64,000 nt of DNA from positions 5,077-69,076 of the forward strand of contig JAZTXO010000006.1 in assembly GCA_045636445.1 (NCBI GenBank). The letters run 5' to 3'. Under the pieces are notes generated by a model. That model searched no databases. It saw nothing but the letters and a program-made list of their open reading frames with translations, and was not told the DNA's origin. The position numbers and the translations under genes are program-made. Positions 28,817 through 38,567 of the stretch are shown piece by piece; position 1 is the first letter of the stretch, and every line of letters begins with the position of its first letter. Source of the DNA: Eubacteriales bacterium (GTDB lineage Bacteria > Bacillota > Clostridia > Oscillospirales > CAG-272).

Positions 28817-29254
28817 TTATTTAACAATTGCAGCGGTTGTTTCGGTCGATTCAACTACTTCTGTTTCAACAACCTCAAGAGTTTGTATATTGGTTGACTT
28901 AGGCTTAAGAAGCTTTGTTCCTATAATTCCAAAGGAAATTATAAATGTGCATACAACTATTGCAGAAAGGAAAGCCGCAGCTGCGGTGCGAATAGGGAAG
29001 GAGTGAATTACAGAATCAGCCTTGGGAGCTTTTTTAACTGTAAGCTTGTCCTCAACGTATTTGCATATTATAGCAACAGTTTTTTCACCGCGAGTTGCAA
29101 TGGGACTTACCGCAACAGGAAGAGCGGCCTCGGATTTTTTTGCAGCAGCCTTCATAAGCATATATTCACCGAGAGTATAATCGCTGTTTGCAACTGTGAG
29201 ATTTTCTTTCATGTTAGAGTATAGCTTTTCGTAATTGTTTGTTGCGTGTGCCAT
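28817..29254 (-). CDS. Hypothetical single-TM protein at the ftsL position
   Basis: RBS aaggag; one hydrophobic helix (AAAAFLSAIVVCTFIISFGIIG) near C-terminus; between rsmH and the PBP gene. Confidence 0.7.
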   Translation of the reverse strand: MAHATNNYEKLYSNMKENLTVANSDYTLGEYMLMKAAAKKSEAALPVAVSPIATRGEKTVAIICKYVEDKLTVKKAPKADSVIHSFPIRTAAAAFLSAIVVCTFIISFGIIGTKLLKPKSTNIQTLEVVETEVVESTETTAAIVK

Positions 29255-29268
29255 TTTTTTGTTCTCCT

Positions 29269-30213
29269 TTATATTTTTTCAGCCACTCGAAGCTTTGCGC
29301 TTCTGGATCGTGGATTCATCGTCAATTCCTCGTTTGATGGAAGGATTGGTTTTTTTGTTAATTCTTTTATTTTGGGTTTGTTTCCGCAGATGCATATCGG
29401 AAAGTCCTTAGGACAGGTGCATCCTTGCGAGAGTGATTTGTAGGTTTGTTTTACGATTCTGTCTTCCAATGAATGGAAGGAAATTACAGCTATTCGTCCA
29501 CCCGAAACAAGATGATTTGCAGCATGAGTCAATAATGGAGCAATCGCATCCAATTCCGAATTAACTTCTATCCTTATAGCCTGAAACGTTCTTTTTGAGG
29601 GGTGGGGGCCATCGGCTCTAGCCGCTGCAGGAATGGCCCCCTTGATGATTTCGGTTAGTTCAAAGGTGGTTTTTATCGGAGATTGCATTCTGTGCTTACA
29701 TATTGCGTTTGCAATTTTTGGTGCGAAGCGTTCTTCTCCGTAGTCGAATATAATTCTTTTTAAATCTGCTTCGGAATAGTTGTTGACAACCTCGTATGCA
29801 GATAGGGGAGAATCGGTATCCATTCTCATATCAAGAGGCGCATCATGCATATAGCTGAATCCTCTTTCCGGAGTATCAAATTGATGCGAGCTGCAACCGA
29901 GATCGGCAAGAACTCCGCCAAGATTTGTAATACCGTGTTCTTTTATAACTTCGTTGATAGATTGAAAATTGTCGTTAACAAAGATGACTCTGTCAGAGAA
30001 GTCCTTAAGTCTATCCTTGGCAGCTTTGATTGCGTTTTTATCTCTATCAAAACAAATCAGTCGGGAAGAGGGGCCCATTCTTTTTGCAATCTCAAGAGAA
30101 TGACCACCACCGCCTGCGGTACAGTCTATGTAGGTGTAACCGTCTCTGATGTTAAGAGCATCTATGCATTCGTAAAGCAGCACAGAAATGTGTGAAAAGT
30201 TTGAATTTGTCAT
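29269..30213 (-). CDS. rsmH: 16S rRNA m4C1402 methyltransferase
   Basis: HISVL, DCTAGGGGHS, DLGCSSHQ, RGFSY, FQAIRIEVN, FHSLEDR, NPRSRSAKLR. Confidence 0.96.
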   Translation of the reverse strand: MTNSNFSHISVLLYECIDALNIRDGYTYIDCTAGGGGHSLEIAKRMGPSSRLICFDRDKNAIKAAKDRLKDFSDRVIFVNDNFQSINEVIKEHGITNLGGVLADLGCSSHQFDTPERGFSYMHDAPLDMRMDTDSPLSAYEVVNNYSEADLKRIIFDYGEERFAPKIANAICKHRMQSPIKTTFELTEIIKGAIPAAARADGPHPSKRTFQAIRIEVNSELDAIAPLLTHAANHLVSGGRIAVISFHSLEDRIVKQTYKSLSQGCTCPKDFPICICGNKPKIKELTKKPILPSNEELTMNPRSRSAKLRVAEKI

Positions 30214-30235
30214 AAGCACAACCCCGTCGAAAGGA

Positions 30236-30658
30236 TTAGAGACCGTATTCGGCAAGAGTTTGACGCATTTTTTCGAAATCACGCTTTTCTTCGCGTTCGG
30301 TCCAAAGCTCTTCGGCCCAAACTCTTATTTGCTTGCCGACACCAACAAAAACGATGTTCTTTTTTATTTTTGCATGTTTTAGCAGACGTTCTTCGATAAT
30401 AATTCGTCCGCTGCTATCCAAGGTGCATTTTTGCGCACCGCCAAGAATTATATCTTGGATTTCTGAGGCGATTGACTCGGGAAGCTTTTCGATTTTTTCA
30501 ATGTAAGCATTCCAGTTGTCTTCGGTATATATGGAGAGGTATGTGTCAAATTTTCGTGTAATATAAAATACTTCACCTAATTCGTCGCGGTATTTTGAAG
30601 GTATGAACACTCTGTTTTTTGCGTCAAGCGAATGAGAATACGAACCAACGAAGGACAC
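30236..30658 (-). CDS. mraZ: Division/cell wall cluster repressor MraZ
   Basis: FVGSYSHSLDAKNRVFIP, LDSSGRI; GTG start after aaggag. Confidence 0.93.
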   Translation of the reverse strand: MSFVGSYSHSLDAKNRVFIPSKYRDELGEVFYITRKFDTYLSIYTEDNWNAYIEKIEKLPESIASEIQDIILGGAQKCTLDSSGRIIIEERLLKHAKIKKNIVFVGVGKQIRVWAEELWTEREEKRDFEKMRQTLAEYGL

Positions 30659-30700
30659 GGTCAACCACTCCTTTCTTAAAAGCCTTGTAAAAATGCAATT

Positions 30701-30761
30701 TGTGGGGAAACGGGTGGAAAAACGAGGGAAAACGATACACAATGAGCCACTTTGCCCCACT
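30701..30761. promoter_or_regulatory. MraZ-binding repeats
   Basis: GTGG-type repeats at 10-nt period on minus strand (gtgggg..gtggct..gtgtat) plus inverted copies, just downstream of the promoter. Confidence 0.6.
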
Positions 30762-30768
30762 TGGCTAT

Positions 30769-30797
30769 ATTATAATACAAAAAAAAGGAAAATGCAA
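30769..30797 (-). promoter_or_regulatory. SigA promoter of mraZ
   Basis: TTGCAT-N17-TATAAT on minus strand. Confidence 0.75.
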
Positions 30798-30922
30798 TAG
30801 TTTTTTTGAAAAAAATTGAAAAAAATTAAAATTATTTAAAAAAAGTTTTCAAAATGCAAAAAAAAGCTTCCAATTCTCAAGATTTTATGGTAAAATTATA
30901 GCAGAAACGTGGAGGTGTTTGT

Positions 30923-31261
30923 ATGTCTATATTTTCTAAACTGTTTGGCGGAGATAAAAAAGGTGACAGTTATGCTGTAAGATATGAACGTGCGAAGGCA
31001 CTACATGGTCAGGTTGTAAAGTATGTGACCGAGAGAAGAAATGATAATGAGGACGTCATTGGACGCGGAGGAGCATTAACTGTCAAGGATGACAAATTTA
31101 TTGTCGATTCCTCGGGGGATAGGTTGTTCGTGTGTCAAATATCCGAGCTTGAAACTTCAACGCTTATGAGTGGAGACGGAGTTATAGTCAGAGGTCCTAA
31201 TTTGCTTGAGGATGGGAAGTATAGAGTTATCACGGTACATTTTGTTTATTACAGAAAATAA
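30923..31261 (+). CDS. Hypothetical protein (beta-rich, 112 aa)
   Basis: Strong RBS ggaggtg; adjacent to ispDF; no motif recognised. Confidence 0.75.
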   Translation: MSIFSKLFGGDKKGDSYAVRYERAKALHGQVVKYVTERRNDNEDVIGRGGALTVKDDKFIVDSSGDRLFVCQISELETSTLMSGDGVIVRGPNLLEDGKYRVITVHFVYYRK

Positions 31262-31272
31262 TTTTGGAGGTC

Positions 31273-32454
31273 ATGGTGAAAAAAACACGCTTTACGGCTA
31301 TTATTCTTGCTGCGGGATGTGGCTCTAGAATGGCCAAAGATAAGACCAAACAGATGATGCTCGTCGGTGGCGAAACCGTGGTAGGTAGAAGTATCAGAGC
31401 CTTTGATGAGTGCCCTGATATTGATGATATTATTGTAGTTTCAAGACCTGATGAAATAGATAGATTAAATGGTGACATTTGTTTGCCGTTTTCCAAGGTG
31501 ACAAAAGTCGTATGCGGCGGTAAAACTCGGGCAGAATCGGCAAAACTCGGTTTTGCAGCCATCGCTGACGACTGCACTCACATTGCTATCCACGATGCCG
31601 CCAGATGCCTTATTGAGCCTTATATGATTTCTAAGGTTGCAAAAGCTGCGATTGATAACGGTGCTGCTACCGCTGTAAGTTCTGTTACCGATACGGTAAA
31701 ACGTATATCTCAAGACGGCTTTGTTGAAAGTACAGTGCCAAGAAACAATTTAGTGTTGGCAACTACGCCTCAGGCATTCGAAGTAGAGATATACAAAAAA
31801 GCTCTTGAAAGCGGATATGCCGATGAAAGTGTTACTGATGATAATATGCTGGTTGAAGGACTTGGCATAAAAATAGCTGCTGTAAATCTTGGTAACGAAA
31901 ACATAAAAATCACGACATCGTCAGATATAGATGTTGCTGAGTATATATTGTCGAAAAGAGGAGGTAAAACGGTGGCAGATTGTCGAATTGGGCATGGTTA
32001 TGACGTTCATAAATTCGCTTCGGAAAGAGCTCTCATCTTAGGAGGCGTAAATATTTCGCACGATCACGGGTTGCTTGGTCATTCGGATGCGGATGTTTTG
32101 GTTCATGCCATAATGGATGCGTTGCTTGGCGCTGCGGGACTTGGAGATATTGGACGACATTTTCCGGATTCTTGCGACGAGTACAAAGGAATATCCAGTA
32201 TAGAGCTGCTTAGGCGGGTAGGCGATCTGATTAGCAAGGAATGCTACTGTGTTTCTAATGTTGATGCTACCTTGGTCATGCAAAGACCTAAGGTTTCGCC
32301 ATACGTAGATAATATGGTAGAAAATATTGCAAATGCATTGCAAGTATCTAGGTCTCAAATCAATATAAAGGCAACTACCGAAGAGGGACTTGGTTTTACC
32401 GGAAACGGGCAGGGGGCTGCGGCTCATGCGGTTGCTATGTTGATAAAAAAATAA
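31273..32454 (+). CDS. ispDF: Bifunctional IspD/IspF
   Basis: [29 protein letters not shown]; then [30 protein letters not shown]. Confidence 0.95.
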   Translation: MVKKTRFTAIILAAGCGSRMAKDKTKQMMLVGGETVVGRSIRAFDECPDIDDIIVVSRPDEIDRLNGDICLPFSKVTKVVCGGKTRAESAKLGFAAIADDCTHIAIHDAARCLIEPYMISKVAKAAIDNGAATAVSSVTDTVKRISQDGFVESTVPRNNLVLATTPQAFEVEIYKKALESGYADESVTDDNMLVEGLGIKIAAVNLGNENIKITTSSDIDVAEYILSKRGGKTVADCRIGHGYDVHKFASERALILGGVNISHDHGLLGHSDADVLVHAIMDALLGAAGLGDIGRHFPDSCDEYKGISSIELLRRVGDLISKECYCVSNVDATLVMQRPKVSPYVDNMVENIANALQVSRSQINIKATTEEGLGFTGNGQGAAAHAVAMLIKK

Positions 32455-32613
32455 GGGTGGCACATGCCACCCAATCATTAAGGATAGAGTTTCGTAGCGT
32501 AGAGATTGGAAACGTCGTTGTGCTTTAAAGTCTTGGCTAAAAATCTATCCGTGTTTGCCACTTTAGTGGCTCTGTATTATTTTATGGTAAACAAAGCCTT
32601 TGGTTACAAGGGT
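32455..32613 (+). ncRNA. Candidate structured RNA between ispDF and rpe
   Basis: Several stems: gggtggca/tgccaccc, ggataga/tctatcc, gtttc/gaaac, tgtttgcca/tggtaaaca, gcctttg/caagggt; no family recognised. Confidence 0.3.
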
Positions 32614-32644
32614 AAAAGAATTATATTTATGAAAGGCAAAAATT

Positions 32645-33286
32645 ATGGTTAAAATTTCTCCTTCGGTTCTCGCGTCTGATCTTTCCAATCTAGCAACAGA
32701 GGTTGCGGAAATAGAGAAGGCAGGAGCAGAGCTTGTTCATCTTGACGTTATGGACGGTGTTTTCGTTCCCAATATGTCTTTTGGAATGCCTGTTATTGAG
32801 GCTCTTAGAAAACACAGCAAAATGTTTTTTGATGTTCATCTTATGATTGTAAATCCCGAAAAATATGCAAAACGCTTTATTGATGCGGGTGCGGATCTTG
32901 TTACATTCCATTATGAAGCTTGCAATGATTCCGCAAAGCTTCTCGATGAAATTCACGAGGCGGGAGCAAAAGCTGCAATTTCTATTAAACCTGCAACAAA
33001 AGCAGAGGAAATCTTCCATCTTATTCCTAAATGCGATATGGTTCTTGTTATGACTGTTGAACCCGGATACGGTGGTCAAAAGTTTATGCCGGATATGCTC
33101 GAAAAGGTATCAAAAATCAGGGCAGAAGCAGAAAGGCTTGGACAAGACCTTGATATTCAGGTTGACGGAGGTATCAATCCCGAAACAGCAAAGCTGGCAG
33201 TAGCAGCAGGCGCAAACGTTCTTGTTGCGGGAAGCTCTGTCTTTAATGCAGCAGATAGACGCGCAGCAATCGATGCCCTCAGATAA
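32645..33286 (+). CDS. rpe: Ribulose-phosphate 3-epimerase
   Basis: ISPSVL, HLDVMDG, DVHLM, VMTVEPG, VDGG, VAGS. Confidence 0.97.
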   Translation: MVKISPSVLASDLSNLATEVAEIEKAGAELVHLDVMDGVFVPNMSFGMPVIEALRKHSKMFFDVHLMIVNPEKYAKRFIDAGADLVTFHYEACNDSAKLLDEIHEAGAKAAISIKPATKAEEIFHLIPKCDMVLVMTVEPGYGGQKFMPDMLEKVSKIRAEAERLGQDLDIQVDGGINPETAKLAVAAGANVLVAGSSVFNAADRRAAIDALR

Positions 33287-33320
33287 TGAAAAAATCCGTC
33301 GAAAGACGGATTTTTTCATT
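33285..33320. terminator. Bidirectional terminator
   Basis: aatgaaaaaatccgtc GAAA gacggattttttcatt. Confidence 0.85.
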
Positions 33321-33322
33321 GC

Positions 33323-34345
33323 CTAAAATATGTACTCGTAGTTTGCGGGTATAATGGTTTTTACATTGTTGATAGTAACGAATACGTCGATATCCGAGCC
33401 GTTTACTATTTTTTCTTCGGAAATTTCGAGAGTCTTTACCGCATCCTCGTATTCGAAGATATCACGGATGGTAGCATAATAGAATTTATCGGAGCGGTTG
33501 CCGTAGGTGTCGGCGAAGGTTTGTAAGCTATCCCAATGTCCCAAAAAGTCACTTGCATGAACTCCAAATGTGAAGAGCTTAAGATTTCCATCATCCTCTA
33601 ATGCGGCAAAGTCGGCCATAATCTCGTTTAAGTTTGAGTGGATTGCGTTGTTCGACCACTCGTACCTGTCCGTTGGCATCGAGAAGCTTACGTTGTCAGC
33701 TCCTCCGTAACGCCCTCTTGCGTACAGATAACCTTCATTTTTCAGCATGCTTTTAACTGTTTCGTTTGCTTTTCCGTGGGGAAAAGCAAAGCCGACGACA
33801 CTTCCTTTGCCAAACAGACTCTCGATGTCGCTTTTTGTCTCTTGCGCATATTTTATATACGCTTCGTTTTTCATAATAGGATGCCAATATTTTGAAGTAT
33901 AGATTTTGTAAAAATGATAGTTATAGTCTATATAATACAGCTCCGGAATATCGGTTTTATACATGTATGACGAATCAAGCTCGTTTTTTATTGAATCATT
34001 GTAGAGTATAGAATCGTGTATTGGGATTTTTGAAAAATCTTCTGCGCAAAATCCATCGAAGTTGAACCAAGGTAGGGGGTGGAATACATGATGATTTGAA
34101 ACCTCAAATCCGGAATATAAAGCGACGTATTCTTCGTCTGTAAGTCCGTGGCGGTTTAGCGAAGTATTGATCAAATTAAAACTTCCTAATATCCCGGCGG
34201 GTTTAACGATTTCAATAAATTGGGTATCATATTCCACAATTCCGTCAGCGATTGTAAAAGAAACAGCCTTTCTAACGAAGCCGGGAAAGTAGTTTTTGTC
34301 TATTTGTATTCCGTTTTCAAGTTTTATACCGAAGTTGTTCTTCAT
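33323..34345 (-). CDS. CE4/NodB polysaccharide deacetylase-like protein, no signal peptide, motif 1 degenerate
   Basis: FTIADG, NHHVFHP, FAFPHG, FGVH; copy of C-terminal domain of the upstream protein; start MKNNF after ggag. Confidence 0.75.
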   Translation of the reverse strand: MKNNFGIKLENGIQIDKNYFPGFVRKAVSFTIADGIVEYDTQFIEIVKPAGILGSFNLINTSLNRHGLTDEEYVALYSGFEVSNHHVFHPLPWFNFDGFCAEDFSKIPIHDSILYNDSIKNELDSSYMYKTDIPELYYIDYNYHFYKIYTSKYWHPIMKNEAYIKYAQETKSDIESLFGKGSVVGFAFPHGKANETVKSMLKNEGYLYARGRYGGADNVSFSMPTDRYEWSNNAIHSNLNEIMADFAALEDDGNLKLFTFGVHASDFLGHWDSLQTFADTYGNRSDKFYYATIRDIFEYEDAVKTLEISEEKIVNGSDIDVFVTINNVKTIIPANYEYIF

Positions 34346-34373
34346 AAGATCTCCGTTGTTTAATAACCGTTTT

Positions 34374-34409
34374 GTTAAAAAGGATGAGCCGTGGCTCATC
34401 CTTTTTAAC
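34374..34409. terminator. Terminator-like hairpin between the two deacetylase genes
   Basis: gttaaaaaggatgagcc / ggctcatcctttttaac. Confidence 0.7.
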
Positions 34410-34411
34410 TG

Positions 34412-37186
34412 TTATTGCAAAAGTGTCCAACCTGTATAATCGTTTGACTTATATTCGGATATGCTTCCATCGGAAATTGAACAAACCGAGTTTGCCGGGA
34501 TAATAGTCTTTACATTATTAATAGTAATATAAAGAGCGATGTCCGATGCGTTGAGAAGCATTCCATCCTTTATCATAAGCGCATTTACGGCATCCTCGTA
34601 ATGGAGAATGTCTTTTATCGACGCGTAATAATATTCGTCCGCTCTGTTGCCGTACGTATCAACGAATTTCTCAAGCTCATCCCAACCCGCGTTCTTGTAA
34701 TCAACTGCATGAACACCGAAGCAGAAGAATTTAAGATCTCCGTCATCACCGTAAGCCGCATAATCCGCCATAACATCATTTAAGGTTGTGTGATTTGCGT
34801 TGTAGGACCAATCGTATCTGTCCATGGGAAGAGGGAATGCTACATTGTCCGCTCTTCCGACGGTTCTTCTGGCGTAAAGATAACCAGCGCTTTCGAGATA
34901 GGCTTTAACCGCATCGTTGGTTTTGCCGTGAGGGTATGCAAAACCGACAACACTTCCTTCTCCAAACAGATCTTCAATATCCTTTTTCGTTTCCTCGGCG
35001 TACTTTGCATAAGCATTGTTGGTCATTATAGGATGCCAGTATTTTGAGGAGTAGTCTTTTGCAAAGTGATAGTTATAGTCGATATAGTAAAGACCTTCAA
35101 CATCGGTTTTGTAGATATACTGGGAATCCAGAGTATTCTTTATGGAGTCGGAATAGATTATAGTTTCGTGAATTGGAATGTCGGCAAAATCCTCGGCGTC
35201 AAATCCGTCGAAATCGAACCAGGGAAGCGGATGATATAAATGATGGTTTGCAACCTCGTAACCTGCGTAAAGAGCCTTGTATTGCTCGTCGGTAAGTCCG
35301 TTTCTGTTAGAAGCGGTGTTGATCAAATTGAACGTTCCTAAAATTCCTCCGCGCCTAACGATGTCAATAAAAGCTGAGTCGTTTGCAACGATACCGTCGT
35401 CCATTGAGAAGGTGACGGACTTTCTGACAAAGCCGGGGAAGTAATTTGTATCAATTTTCGTTCCGTTTGCAAGGGTTACACCAAAGTCACTTGCAAGAAT
35501 CGAATCCTCATCCTTGATCTCGGGAGTAATAACTGCCGAGCCGTTATCGGGTGCAACCTCAATATCTACAACGTTATTTCCGTCAACGATCTTCGCAGTT
35601 GCTATTGTGTTTTTGCCGTTGTAATTAACGGTTACAGCCTTCCAATTATCGGGGATTTTAACTCTTACGGTTAATTCGTAATTATATATAGAATCATCAA
35701 GCGAGTCGGAAAGGGAAACAGTAATTTTCTCGTTTGCGTCATCGTATATAGCTTCAACGAAAGCATCCTGTGCCTCTCTTACGTAGAGTGCGATATCCTC
35801 ATAATGTGCATTCCAAAGCTTTCCGTTTGCAACTTGTGCTGCAATTTTTTCGCATGCAGTTTCCATATAGGTATTATGGAGATAATATCCGCCGGGGGTG
35901 TTAGCAACATCCTCGTCTTCGGTCAGTGCGTGAATTGAAGCAACCAGGATCTGATTGCCTGATATGGCACCGTTAATAACACCGTCAAGCCAGTTTGTTA
36001 CTCTGTCGGGGGTAAGGAAATAACCGAAAACCCAATCCCAGTTGATGTTTTTGTTTGTAACTACTGCGGTGTCACCTCTTGAGCATCTTGCCGCGATGTG
36101 GTGCTTCATAATAAGCTCTCTTGCTTCGGGAGAGTAGATGTACTTTTTGAGATTTTCAACGTTGCTGATAGCGTCAAACTGAGATTCCCAAGAAGAGAAG
36201 CCGGGATATGCGAACGTGAGAACATCCTGTCCGGGGAAAAGCTCGCGAAGCTTTTCCTGAGAGGTAACTACCTCATAATTAAGTAGATCTTCGTTAATAA
36301 CGGCGTTGCCGTTTCCGTCCTTCGAACCCCACCATGAGTGAGTTCCGGAGTGGTTTATAATGCTCCATCTGCCGTTATTTATGTATTCTTTAAAAGCGTT
36401 GAGACTGTCTGTTTTGACAGAAGTGTTGTTTTTATCGTAAACCTTATCAAGGATTAGCGCAACGTCGGCAACAAGACCGTTGTCTACAAGCATTTTATCA
36501 AGAAGCTGCATAGTGGTTATGTCACCGTCATCGTGTACGATTGCAACAGCGCCATTAGCTCCGCCTTTAAGGGGGAGAATAGATGCTTCGGTGTATACGT
36601 AAGGCTTAAGCTCGTCAAAAGCATTGTTCGGAAGTCCTGCAAGGACAAGAAGCTTTTCGTATAAATTCTTCTGATTTAACTGCTTCTCGGTCAGTGCACC
36701 ATTATCTTCGTATACAGCGGCAAGATCCGAGAGTCTTTCGTTTGCGTAATCGGTTACGCTATAAAGCTCCGGATTGCTGGAAACAACGATACCGTTTGAA
36801 GTTTGGATTACCACTGCAACTCTATATGATTTTGAAAGATCGGTTATCGCAATGGGCATACCGAGATAGAACTCTTTTCCTTCTTCCGATGTCCTTTTAT
36901 CAAAGCTTGTGTATATAGCGTTATCAGGGTTGTAGGATTTCATTCCGTCGTTCCAAATTGCGATTCCCGGAGTACCTTCAGGGGCGTCATCGTGAAGCTC
37001 GATGGCAAATGCCATATGTACCATAGCACGATAGTCAAGGTTTTTTTCGGTGATTTCTGCCGTAACTATTATTTCATCGGTTGCCTGTGATGAAATACCG
37101 ACGATAATTACAGAGCAGATAAGCAGAATACATACGGAAATTATGGACAGTATTCTGTTTCTCTTAGTTTCATTAATTCTCTTCAT
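34412..37186 (-). CDS. Secreted protein with two CE4/NodB polysaccharide deacetylase domains
   Basis: Signal peptide (..SSQA); domain 1 IVHDDG, NHSGTH, FAYPG, SIH; domain 2 FSMDDG, NHHLYH, FAYPHG, FGVH. Confidence 0.78.
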   Translation of the reverse strand: MKRINETKRNRILSIISVCILLICSVIIVGISSQATDEIIVTAEITEKNLDYRAMVHMAFAIELHDDAPEGTPGIAIWNDGMKSYNPDNAIYTSFDKRTSEEGKEFYLGMPIAITDLSKSYRVAVVIQTSNGIVVSSNPELYSVTDYANERLSDLAAVYEDNGALTEKQLNQKNLYEKLLVLAGLPNNAFDELKPYVYTEASILPLKGGANGAVAIVHDDGDITTMQLLDKMLVDNGLVADVALILDKVYDKNNTSVKTDSLNAFKEYINNGRWSIINHSGTHSWWGSKDGNGNAVINEDLLNYEVVTSQEKLRELFPGQDVLTFAYPGFSSWESQFDAISNVENLKKYIYSPEARELIMKHHIAARCSRGDTAVVTNKNINWDWVFGYFLTPDRVTNWLDGVINGAISGNQILVASIHALTEDEDVANTPGGYYLHNTYMETACEKIAAQVANGKLWNAHYEDIALYVREAQDAFVEAIYDDANEKITVSLSDSLDDSIYNYELTVRVKIPDNWKAVTVNYNGKNTIATAKIVDGNNVVDIEVAPDNGSAVITPEIKDEDSILASDFGVTLANGTKIDTNYFPGFVRKSVTFSMDDGIVANDSAFIDIVRRGGILGTFNLINTASNRNGLTDEQYKALYAGYEVANHHLYHPLPWFDFDGFDAEDFADIPIHETIIYSDSIKNTLDSQYIYKTDVEGLYYIDYNYHFAKDYSSKYWHPIMTNNAYAKYAEETKKDIEDLFGEGSVVGFAYPHGKTNDAVKAYLESAGYLYARRTVGRADNVAFPLPMDRYDWSYNANHTTLNDVMADYAAYGDDGDLKFFCFGVHAVDYKNAGWDELEKFVDTYGNRADEYYYASIKDILHYEDAVNALMIKDGMLLNASDIALYITINNVKTIIPANSVCSISDGSISEYKSNDYTGWTLLQ

Positions 37187-37466
37187 AACTAACTCCATTT
37201 CATGTGAGATTAAATAGTGAAAATCGTGTACAAGAGACCTTTGAACACGATTTATGATTTATTTTATCATCAATTTATTTAAAACACAATATATATATAA
37301 TATTTTGTGCAAAATGACGAAAAAAATCTCCATTATCGCCATAATCAATTTATCAAAGATTTTAGTTGAAAAATGGCTGAAAAGGGAGATTTTACTGTAT
37401 TTTGTTTTGGAGTTGAATTTGCTTGTGTTTGATGATAAATTGCTGAAAACCGATTTCTGCCCGGTA

Positions 37467-38546
37467 TTAAGTTTGGAAATCTATATTTGTTTGCGTTGCT
37501 CCGTGTATATCGCTTCCGGAAGTGATGAAAGGGATTCCGAGATGATCGTAAGCAAGCTTTGTTACGCAACGTCCTCGAGGTGTTCTGGAGAGGAAACCGA
37601 TTTGCATAAGATACGGCTCGTAAACGTCTTCAATTGTAATTGCTTCTTCACCGATGGTCGCTGCAAGAGTATCAAGTCCGACAGGGCCGCCGCCATAAAA
37701 TTTAATTATTGCTTCAAGCATTCTTCTGTCGATATTGTCAAGTCCAAGATCGTCAATTTCCAATGCTTCCAACGCATATTTTGCAATTTCAGACGTGATT
37801 GTTCCATCGCCTTTTACAAGTGCGAAATCACGAACACGCTTTAAGAGTCTGTTAGCTATTCTTGGCGTACCTCTAGATCTTGATGCGATGCTGTAAGCTC
37901 CGTCATCGGTTATGGAGATTTCAAGGATTGTTGCCGAGCGCTTTACGATAGTTGCAAGTTCTTCGGGAGAATAAAGTTCAAGCTTTAAAAGCACACCGAA
38001 TCTATCACGAAGAGGGGTGGTTAACTGACCTGCACGTGTTGTTGCACCGATAAGCGTAAACTTTGGGATAGGCATATGGATCGTTCTGGCGCTAGGGCCT
38101 TTTCCGATTATAATGTCGAGCGCATAGTCTTCCATCGCAGGGTAGAGAATTTCCTCGGCAACTCTTGAAAGTCGATGGATTTCGTCGATAAATAACACAT
38201 CTCCAGGTGCGAGATTGGTTAGTATCGCGGCGAGGTCACCGGGCTTTTCAATGGCAGGCCCGGAAGTTGTTCTGATGTTAACACCCATTTCGTTGGCGAT
38301 AATAGACGAAAGTGTCGTCTTTCCAAGACCGGGAGGGCCGTAAAGCAAAACGTGATCTAAGGCTTCTCCACGCATTTTTGCGCTTTCAATATAGACCTTA
38401 AGGTTTGATTTTGCTTTGTTTTGACCAACATAATCGGACAAATTTTTAGGGCGAAGACAGTTTTCAACCTCTCCGTCTTCGATTGAATCGTATTCGCTCG
38501 AAATTATTCTGTTTTCAAAATCAAAATCGTTTGCTTCTTCAATCAT
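37467..38546 (-). CDS. ruvB: Holliday junction branch migration helicase RuvB
   Basis: [41 protein letters not shown]. Confidence 0.98.
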   Translation of the reverse strand: MIEEANDFDFENRIISSEYDSIEDGEVENCLRPKNLSDYVGQNKAKSNLKVYIESAKMRGEALDHVLLYGPPGLGKTTLSSIIANEMGVNIRTTSGPAIEKPGDLAAILTNLAPGDVLFIDEIHRLSRVAEEILYPAMEDYALDIIIGKGPSARTIHMPIPKFTLIGATTRAGQLTTPLRDRFGVLLKLELYSPEELATIVKRSATILEISITDDGAYSIASRSRGTPRIANRLLKRVRDFALVKGDGTITSEIAKYALEALEIDDLGLDNIDRRMLEAIIKFYGGGPVGLDTLAATIGEEAITIEDVYEPYLMQIGFLSRTPRGRCVTKLAYDHLGIPFITSGSDIHGATQTNIDFQT

Positions 38547-38567
38547 TTAAATGGTATCCTTTCGGGA

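Noticed and set aside
32455-32620. T-box, THF riboswitch or group II intron remnant
   Set aside because: No TGGnACC T-box, THF consensus or domain V found; kept only as an unclassified candidate
37221-37253. Inverted repeat aaatcgtgt/acacgattt upstream of the deacetylase gene
   Set aside because: Cannot distinguish terminator, operator or chance; no known motif
37254-37844. 196-aa plus-strand ORF
   Set aside because: Mostly antisense to ruvB plus AT-rich intergenic sequence; no RBS
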